A stretch of 64,000 nt of DNA from Lingula anatina (Eukaryota; Animalia; Brachiopoda), in the NCBI GenBank assembly GCA_051362555.1, contig CM120642.1:17360001-17424000 (forward strand), written 5' to 3'. Shown here one piece after another: positions 54,728 to 64,000 of the stretch (positions are counted from its first letter, which is position 1; each line of letters starts with the position of its first letter). The notes under the pieces were generated by a model. That model did no database searches and had not been told where the DNA came from. It saw only the letters and a list, made by a program, of their open reading frames with translations. A program made the translations under genes and the position numbers.

Positions 54728-55473
54728 AGTACTAGGCACCTTTTCGGACACATATAGAACAAATTTAAGTGAAAGACATTTCAAGTCTATTAAACTTCAC
54801 ATTCCAGTGATTTTCGACGCTTCACGCATTTTAGGTAAACCATTAACTTGGCATGTAAGATAAAGATTGAGAAAGATGAGGAGCCTTAATGTTTAATTGG
54901 GACACCGTATTATTTGCCTCTCCCAGGGGTTTGCGATAGATTTTCCAGGTACACAGTGGGGAAATCAAACTAACAATCTTATTTTCTGGCACGAACTACT
55001 TGCATCAACAAACCGCTGGGGGTTACAAATAGCCAAAAACACCATCCAATCATCGATGAAGGATTTATGGGGACTGTACAGCGGGCATGATCTCCCCCTT
55101 TAGCTTCTGAGGCACACCCCGTTGTCCTCCAAACACACACGTAGTATACAACTGACCACACGACAGAAGACTGAATATACATATAGTGACACTATCCTAC
55201 TCTGCTGTTTTATATTATTCAAGTGATAGTGATAGTTTATTTCACCCTGACATTTTTGTCATTGGTACGGTAAAACAATAGTATATATACGAAATGTCAT
55301 AATAAAAATAACATTAATATAATACTATTTCAAAATAACAATGATAATGATAATAACAATATTAATGAATTTAATATGAGACTTGAGTATTTCGAACAGT
55401 GACGCGAATCATTTTGTATTCTTGTGCCCCCCCCCCCCCCCCCCCTAAAATGATCACCTACGTGGAAACTCAC

Positions 55474-55609
55474 TTGGTTCTGATGTATACGTCCATTGGA
55501 TCGTTCGAGTTGTGCACTTCAAAGTGAAGAGACCAGCACATATAAATGTAACCAGAAATACAGTGGCTCCTATCCGGGCGATAACACTCGCCTGGCTGTT
55601 CTCATTCAT
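55474..55609 (-). CDS. Alternative first coding exon B of ST4 (type II signal anchor)
   Basis: MNENSQASVIARIGATVFLVTFICAGLFTLKCTTRTIQWTYTSEP+A|gtgagt; 136 nt, phase 1, in frame with acceptor 53973. Confidence 0.65.
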
Positions 55610-56914
55610 AGCCTTAGTTTACCAACTGAACGCACGGTGGAAGCTAGATGTCTCCAAGTATGAGGGCGACTTCCGGTAATGCACCAAATTTCCCTTTAAC
55701 TTAACAGGTGACGACACTGCATGACGTTGGAGCGACGCCCTCTTGATTTTTTCTATTCTCTCTTCATACTCGCCATTTTATAACAACAACAACCAAACTG
55801 TATTTCACAGTGAGAGGCAAGTGCTAAAATTGTTGTTTTATTGAAATCAAATAAAAACATGTGTTAAGATACTTCATAGTATATTACTACTTCATAGTAT
55901 AAGCGTTACTACATGTACTTCATGATAGAAGGTGACTCTCATTGGTTAAAAAATAAGGCCCCTCAGGCGACTACGGGATATTTACCACTTCATGGGACAT
56001 TATATCCAAACATGTTTCAGTTCTGGTTGGATGTGGAAACCAGGTGTAAAGGTCGATATGATGTTTCATTCTAGACAGTGATTTCGAGAGTGACGCGTAT
56101 ATTTGCTATGGGTTGGGTGGTGGAGAAACATTACTCACTCACATGATAGTGCGTATTTTATCTCGTTGGAGTTTATTGAAGCTGTTATTTTCACATGTTC
56201 TCGCATATATCCGTGAGTTTAACTTCTATGAATAATGTACTTTATTTCAAGAGCTCCGGTCCTTTGACGGAAAGCACATAGCTAGTTCTTTGTTAAACCC
56301 ATTTAGTTTTGAGATTTTTCGGATTTCAGGACGATTAAAAACTGCTAACACTGTTGTTTTAACTTTTATTGTAAGCAAATAAAAACGTGGTATCTTATAA
56401 CACTGTGTACATGAAGTATTCCGTCAAATCTAACCACATTTGAAAAGAAAGTATTCAAAAGCATCTAAATTATAATTTATAAGGCTCATAAATCCTTTTC
56501 ATATTTTAATAATTTAATAATTTAGTAATTTTTAAATTACATTCAAAATATTTATTCACTTTATAATTACATCATGAACTGCATTTTGAGACTAAAATTT
56601 GCTCTTGATCATCAAACTGATAACATTTGCCGCAAGTAAGCCATCAACAACTGCTGTTTTATATTATTCGAGTGATAGTCATAATTAATTTCACCGTGAT
56701 ATTTTTATTATTGGTACGGTACAACAATAGTATACATACGAAATGTCAAAATAATAATAACAACATAAAATATTTAAAATAACAATGATAATGATAAAAA
56801 TAACTACAATGAATTTAAAATGAGATTTAGGTGAAACGAAGCCTCACTTATCCCCCCCCCCCCCCCCCCCCCCCCCACACACACACAGAGATGATCACCT
56901 ACGTGAAAACTCAC

Positions 56915-57050
56915 TTGCTTTTGATATATACTTCCACTGGATCGTTCGAGTTGTGGACTTCAGAGTGAAGAGACCAGCACATATAAATGCCACCAGAAAT
57001 ACGGTGGCTCCTATCCGTGCGATATCACTTGCCTGGCTGTTCTTTTTCAT
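56915..57050 (-). CDS. Alternative first coding exon C of ST4 (type II signal anchor)
   Basis: MKKNSQASDIARIGATVFLVAFICAGLFTLKSTTRTIQWKYISKA+A|gtgagt; 136 nt, phase 1. Confidence 0.65.
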
Positions 57051-57579
57051 GCTCTCCCTTTACCAACAGAACGCAAGGCAAGAGATTTCTCCGAGCAAAA
57101 AGCAAAAACCACGACGAGTTTTACCCCGTGTACATGTATATAGAGATTGAAACACTACTCGAATGAATGCAAGACAAAGAACGGAGTGGACTTATGACAT
57201 CTGCTATAACCGCGATCTTAGATAAAAAATTAATCACTTTAAGCAAAGCTTTACGCGAAATACAAACTTACATGAAGGCCCTAAGTGTGGGTTTTCAAAT
57301 TCCACCACACCACTTATTTCCGGGTTGTATGCGATTCAAAACTGTCAAGATAATTGACAGGTTGCGAAAATTTTCAGCAGGTGATAAAGTAGATAATTGG
57401 CCCTAAAATACGCCGAGCGTTTAAGATCGGGTGAATGTTAGCTTTAATAGACTTCGTCTCGCCTTTTATCTCCTCTATTAAGCGTAAGGTTATGAACCTT
57501 GTACACGTACTTACATACTGCAATTTGAACCTTGAAGATTAGCTTCAAACCACGGGACCATGCCCCCCTCCCCCTTTTT

Positions 57580-57992
57580 TTTCTGAGTCAGTTTTGGAAA
57601 ATGATGCTGTGATGATAGTCTTGGAATTTAACATCCCGTTATGTTGTGACAGAATGTTAGAAGCTAGGAAGCCTGATATAGTTGTTGTTGACAAGAGAAA
57701 TAACGAGACAGAGATAGACCCCCTACTAGATAGGCCTATTGTTATTCCTGACGATTTCGGAGTAAAAGAAAGGAAAGGAAAATGTACAAAAATGTTAGGA
57801 CTTAAATTTAGTGGTAAGAAGTCAACAGAATGTAGGACACAAGAGCAAGTGTAATTGTCAGCTGTGATTGGTGCTCTTGAAGCTATCTGTGGGCTGAGTG
57901 ACCGGCTAGCATTACTCCGTGTTGACCCTACGAGGATGGATGTTCTAACATCCAGCAAACAGTTTTACTATAAAGGAACGGCAAAATAATCG
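57580..57992 (+). mobile_element. Decayed 3' fragment of an RLE-type (R4/Dong-like) non-LTR retrotransposon
   Basis: ESVLEND...EARKPDIVVVDK restriction-like endonuclease motif, followed by frameshifted remnants VIGAL and IQQTVLL. Confidence 0.7.
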
Positions 57993-58326
57993 ACTTGCCT
58001 TTTCTGAATTTTACTGAGAATATATTTTGACTAAGTTTTTTCAAATATGAAGCCAATTCATAAGAAAAAAATTAAATGTGAAAAAAAAAAAACTTTTATT
58101 TTTAAATTTTAAAAGTGCGAAAAAGTGCTTGAGTTCAAAAAGTAAAATTTCCCTTGGTAGAGGCTAAGAGTCAAATATTTAATGCAATAGTTAAAAATTC
58201 TACAGATATTTGTGATTTTGATAAAATACTGAAGCGGTCATATATAGTTTTTGAGGGGGGTATAAAAAGTCCGATATTGAGGTGATATCAGGATTGTCTA
58301 TTACTGCGACGACTATTGAAAAGTGT

Positions 58327-61119
58327 TCAGTCCTCTTCAAAGCTGAAATCAAAGTCGAAGTCCCCCACCGGAGCATCCCATTCCGGCATGTCTTCTTCGA
58401 CCTCGATGTCATCACAGGGCATGTCCATTTCCATCATGCCACCTTCCGCCATGTCGGGCATCTCCATGGCCACTATGCCGCTGTCTTCCTCCTCGTCATT
58501 GGGTATATCCCACTGAAGCAAGTCGTCTGCCACCTCGTCGTCTGGCATGCCCCAAGGCACAAGATCACAGTTGTTTTCGCCAGTGCCAGAAGTTGGGGCG
58601 AGTGCTGCCACCTGTTGTGTGGTAATGTGAGTTAGGCGCCGGTGCGCCGTATCCGGAGGACACCTTACCCTCTCCATGTCCTTCAGGAAAGATTCCTGTA
58701 TGAAAGGAAAGATGACAACTATAAGAATAAAATAAATTCTAATTTCGAAAAACATCGATTAGATGTTTCCATAAAATTTATTATTTTAAAGCAGGTCACT
58801 GCATTTAACTTTATATTTCTGTGTGTTAATTAAGTTTTAGCCTATACTACGCTGTTTAATAAAATAAAGTATATAGATTTCATGTAACAATAAAATTGCA
58901 AAAGGGTACAAGTTTCTTGCGTGATCATGAATTACGAACAGATTTAAAGCCACTGGGATGACACATATATGCACATCTGTGTAAACATATATTAATATAA
59001 TTATACCAAAAGGGAAACCATACACAAATTTTTCGTTGGTGAAATACACGGAAAATGATGAATCAGAACAAAAGCACAAGCATATAAAAGTAAAGAATTG
59101 AACAAAGACGTCAGTACCTGGACAAAAGAAAGGAGAGGGGAGGATCTGCAGTCTACGGGGAACACGTTAGTGTGATAGTCAGCAAGCCAACTGACAAAAA
59201 AAAAAAATCAAACAAAAATGTAAAAAAAAAAGATAAATAAATAAATAAGAAGAAGAAGAAAGAAAGAATGAAAGAAAAACAATGATCAAATGCAACAGAA
59301 AGTGAACAAATACTGAACAGAAAGAAACAAAAGAAAGAAAATACCTACAAATATATTCAACTAAATTTATCATACAAGATGCATGATAGCAAGATGAAAA
59401 TGGCGAGAGAACCCTTACCGAAGGTGCAATATGCCAGTCACGTCCTTCACTCTGTTGACTTTATCACTGGAGATATAGAATCAAATGGACTTTTAGTAAA
59501 ATATGTTAACAATAAATCAATTCAACAAATTGTTAACAATAATCTATTTGAAACAAACAGTATTATTTATTAAATTCTTATCTGAGTCTTCTTAATGTCA
59601 AAACCTTTCTCGCGTTAATGCAAGGTTGGCTGAAAGAATGAATACATTGACCAAAAAATAAATACAAGAATAAATCAATCAAAATTCAGATAGAAAAATT
59701 GATAGTTAAATAAATAGACAGGCAAAAAAAGCATATCCATAAATGATAAAAAAGCGACTGACCAGATCAAATTCTCAGCAAACTCCCGGAATGTCGGTTC
59801 TGCATAATCGGCATGAAGGATATATCCAGCCAGGATTTTCACTTTGATGGCCGCTCTACCGTGTGGCTCGGCGTGCCAGAGAGGGTGTCTATTGAATATA
59901 AAATCGAAATTATAAAAATGCAAGTTTTTTTTTTTCATTTTTGAACTATTATTTACTTCCAATTGAAAAAAAAAGGAGGCGAATCTCTTATTTTGATAAA
60001 AAGGAAGAAAATGCACGACTCTAGCATTAAAAACCTCATTTTTCAAATGGCCATATGTGTTAGTAATTTTAAAACTGTGATCGGATAATACATGTATATA
60101 TTCTACCTGCCAACGTACAACTCGAAGATCATCACGCCGAGAGCAAAGTAGTCCGCCTGAACGGAAGCGGAAGTGCGCATGAGAATTTCCGGGGCGAGGT
60201 TCTTGGTGATGGTGTAAGCTACCATCCTCGGTCCCCAGCTACTCTCTCCGCTCTCGTCACAGCGGTGGGCGGACCCCAAGTCACACTGTTAAAAGGAAAT
60301 TAAAGGAATAACTGAACATGGTACAATGTAGATACACATACCGGTAGGCCCTAGCCTACGTGTCGCTGTGTGGTTGCCATGTAGGCCTACAGTGTTACTG
60401 TTTATTTTCTTTTTGCAACACATTTTAACAAACTGAAATTAAATCACCAACAAACCTTTTTTTGATGACATGCTGAACATAATTTAATCAGAAACTTCAC
60501 ACTTTTATCGTAACGATCAATGTGCAAATGGGATTCTAAGCCACCTACATGTAGGCCTATGTACTGCGCATTACAGTTGTACATGTACATAACATAATAA
60601 TATTGTCTTTTCATTTTGTGAATGATATCTTTGAACATTTCACGCTTTTATTGTGCGATTGTAGCTCACCACTTTGGGGATGCCATTCCGGTTTATCAGG
60701 ATATTATTCAGCTTAATATCAAAATGTATCAGTAGTTTATTCCTCATGAACTGCAGGGCCATACAGACAGACACCGTGATAAACTTGACAGACCTTGACT
60801 CTAGTTTGCCGCTGAAAGATGGGAAAATACGTAAAGAAAATATAATGCTCATCGTATTCTTTTAAATCTTATTTATTGATTGATTTAAATTTCGCTGATT
60901 TATATAGAATCATTGCGATATCTTTAAAGTACTGTAGGAAATGTTAAAATAAGAAATGTAGGCCTAGTCTGTGAAAAAAATATGATAATGATTAAAAAAG
61001 TATGTAGACTTACATAAATTTTCTAAAAAGTTAAATATCCAAACAAAACATTTGTATTACGAAAAGATGCAAATGGGTGATTAAAAGCAAAACACAGTTT
61101 ATCATTCGATAAACCTTTT

Positions 61120-61163
<44 letters not shown>

Positions 61164-61482
61164 AAGCAAGCAAAGGGGGAAAAATAAAGCTGATTATGTA
61201 AAAGTAATGAATAAAAACGTACTGATAATCGGTCAGACGCTGCAAGTCAAGTGGGCAAAGTTCTGTCAAGACAACAGGTAAGCCAGGCTTTACTTCAAAT
61301 GAATGGTGCAAACTAAAAATATCGATGGAAAATAACGTAATCAGAACTTAAATAATCTCAGTAAATGAAAATAAATATATAAAAGATAAAAAAAAAAAAA
61401 TTAAAATTAAATAAAGATAAACAATCAAAGATGAAATAAATCTTCCTCCATACCATGATATAACACCTTCAGGAAAAACTAT

Positions 61483-61514
<32 letters not shown>

Positions 61515-62635
61515 GGAAGAATAAGTAAAAAAATAGCATAAGGTGGGACTTGTCAATTGAGCGCGATTAGAATATTTACTTACAGAAAATGTAAAAATAA
61601 ATACAGGTACATGTAGTTACCTCAAAATGAAATCGCTTTTGAGCTCTTTAAGAAGAACGATCTCCTTTTCAAATGCTTGAGCCCTTTCGATGTCCACCGG
61701 CACTTTTAATGCCAGGTTGTTTGAAAACTAAAATAAGAACATGATTGTTATAGCCCACGCTATCAGACATGTTCCAATCGTCTGATAAAATAATATTGAG
61801 TTTAGGATTTGTAAAGGTTTACTGAGGAGGAGACAGTAGAGGAATGTCACCGTCAGTTCCCAGGGAGACTCCATCCAGTAATCCACACACACAAACACAC
61901 ACACAGCAAAGGATTGCAAAGGACAGCAAAGGATATAACATAAAGAAAGAATGATCATTTCTCTAAAAAAATAAACAGTTTTAACGCAAAGTAAATGGTA
62001 TAGAGTCTTATCATGACAAAGGCCTATCTAACTTAAATAAGATTCGTTCTAAATCAGGGCTTGACACTAACTTTTTTCGATACTGGCCCGAAATATCGGT
62101 AAATATTGCAAGGATGATTTGACACATGATATTTTAGTTGCTCTTTGGGCCAGTGACCCAAGCGATTCAATGGCCCCAGGTTGGTTTTCAGTGGCCCAGG
62201 GCCAGTGGGCCACCCTTAATGTCAAGCCCTGTTCTAAATAGATACATACAATGTGATCCAATGAAGTACATGTAATTTGAACTTTATTTGAAAAGGCTTA
62301 GGCCTACCTTGTACACGTGGCCGTAACTGCCGACCCCCAACACTTTGTTGTCAGGAAATCCATTCATGTAAAGCTTTCTAATCTGTAAATTAGACAAAGT
62401 TATTTGCATCAAGCACCGGTAAATAAAACCATTAAATATTTTCACAGAATGTAAAAAAAGAATGTTGAATTCTCTTCTCGAAATGTTAGTAAGCCTATTA
62501 ATGTTTTGGAGGATCATTTTGCCAAATGTATTTTGCATCCAGTTGATAATTTACCTTATTCTCCAGAGCTCTCCTTTTGATGTACTTATAGGTATGTTGA
62601 GCACCCAAAAACGCTAGATGCGAAATGATTATCAT
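58327..62635 (-). CDS. Divergent Ser/Thr protein kinase (non-RD) with acidic C-terminal tail (~429 aa, 10 exons)
   Basis: Exons 62635-62555, 62382-62308, 61727-61621, 61312-61223, 60811-60670, 60285-60107, 59888-59763, 59466-59419, 59190-59118, 58695-58327; 1290 nt, phases consistent. Motifs GVGSYG, ALK, helix-C E, HFDIKLNN, DLG, APE, DYFALG. Confidence 0.88.
62055..62231. mobile_element. hAT-family MITE with perfect 8-bp TSD, in a kinase intron
   Basis: TIR cagggcttgaca/tgtcaagccctg; ttctaaat at 62047-54 and 62232-39. Confidence 0.9.
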
Positions 62636-62699
62636 TTTAAAAAATAAACAACACAGATTGCTTTCTTCTGTTTACGCTAAATCTTGAATCTCTGTCGTT

Positions 62700-62810
62700 G
62701 CCATCTGACGTAATGGTGACGTTGCGTTACGTTTTGCTATGATCTATGGCGTCATAATATCATAACGCAACGTTATGGCAGCATTCCCGCTAAATAGGCA
62801 CGTGACTGTT
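62700..62810. promoter_or_regulatory. Candidate kinase proximal promoter
   Basis: CpG-rich patch 65-175 bp upstream of the ATG with TGACG half-sites, CACGTG and an 11-bp inverted repeat acgttgcgtta/taacgcaacgt. Confidence 0.35.
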
Positions 62811-64000
62811 TTGTATTTTTCAATTTTTCGACAGTGAAACGAGAGTAAACTGAGAGGAAAATACAGTTAGACTAAGTGAAGAACTTGCTATTTTAAGTTT
62901 CATTTCATAAATATAATTAACTGCATCGTTAATTTAAAGATTTTATCATTAATATATCTATTTTTAATCAATATATTTATATTAATTCTTATCTTTCCGC
63001 CCACGTCTTAAATAATAATAATAAAAAAATGCTTTTTCGGGGGAGGAGGGAGCGGGATCGGTGAAATTTAACCCCCCTCTAGAAAATCCTGGATCCGTCC
63101 CTGATGCACAATGCACCAATCAACCTTTACCATTCCTCAACACAATGTTTCATTGATAATGCTGATCCATCTAAAGAATTTGCCCCTCCGGAAAAATCAG
63201 CCATTTACATCTTTCATCGTTTGAAAAGTACGGCTTGAAAAATTGAACGTTTAGTTAAAGTATTTGTCAAATCTTAAGTCAATTCGTTATGCTGTGTTGA
63301 ATTAATTAGATGCTGGATTCAATATAACCAAAACAGATTGTTTTCGGAGGGGAGGAAAGCGCTAAGTGAGTGAGAACGGAAGTGACGTTTTTGTGACCTA
63401 TATAGCTCACTTGCTTTCCAGGAAAACGCGTGTGGGTCGTTTTTCACTTGTGTAGTTTATGAAACCGGTGATGTGATTACGGCGATTGTTCGTGGACATT
63501 GCTAAAGGTGAGCATTTCATGTGCGAAAATGCCAAGAAAAACCGATTGTAAGATATATTGTTAAAACTTGTGTTATTGTAGTTGCACAACGTTTTTTCAT
63601 TAAAATCAATTCTACTTGCTTACAAGCCGCTGATTTAATTAACAATTAAAATTACAAAAGTTCTGTTTTATTTTGAATTGGCCAAATACATCGATTTATA
63701 TTTATAGTTAGATATACAATATCTAATTCCACCTTGCATATGGTTTTTAGTAAGCTTTGATAATGACAGAAAATGACTGAAAACTTCATGGTGAAAGAGC
63801 CGAGGCAGGGAAATCAGAAATGGAAAAAAGAATGTCCGCCTATGCTGGCTTTAAACGTACATATAGTGCATACGTAAAATTTAAAGAAGATTACAGTTAA
63901 ACATTTTAAAAAGAAAATATGCCATTGATCTCTCCACATTTTTGTAGTTGCATAGTACAGGTACCATATTATGACTATTCCAAACTACAGGGTATTTGCA

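Larger units (their letters stand above)
55202..57075. repeat. ~430-bp direct duplication (55202-55635 vs 56651-57075)
   Basis: Collinear similarity from ctgctgttttatattattc through the poly-C tract to aacgca. Confidence 0.9.

Noticed and set aside
54728-54788. Splicing of exon B/C onto exon A through a weak acceptor at 54786
   Set aside because: In frame, but there is no polypyrimidine tract and two TM segments would probably invert catalytic-domain topology; cannot be excluded without reads.
58327-58365. AGC-kinase hydrophobic motif or FxDxF motif in DFDFDFSF
   Set aside because: Spacing fits neither FxxF[S/T]F nor FxDxF.
1-64000. CRISPR arrays, tRNA/rRNA genes, prokaryotic operons
   Set aside because: None seen; the repeats are microsatellites or transposon TIRs and the genes are spliced.

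Overview
AT-rich, intron-rich eukaryotic (invertebrate metazoan, mollusc/lophotrochozoan-like by inference) genomic DNA, so most ORF-track entries are spurious. All gene models were assembled by hand from GT-AG boundaries with reading phases checked. Contents: (1) the 5' part of a minus-strand secreted PAN/apple-like gene with a 22-nt microexon; (2) a candidate small secreted-peptide gene (~6.9-9.8 kb); (3) a 1-kb TA-flanked foldback transposon; (4) a ~16-exon plus-strand single-pass receptor gene (signal peptide-4xPAN-2xCUB-stalk-TM-Tyr-motif tail, ~782 aa); (5) four 4-exon Golgi carbohydrate 6-O-sulfotransferase (CHST1/3/4/5/6-like) genes, called ST1-ST4 here. ST1 is nested antisense in a receptor intron, ST2/ST3 are a tandem duplicate pair, and ST4 appears to have three alternative signal-anchor first exons; (6) a 10-exon divergent non-RD protein kinase with an acidic tail; (7) many MITEs, a Tc1 deletion derivative, a Helentron-type element, an RLE-type non-LTR remnant and microsatellites.
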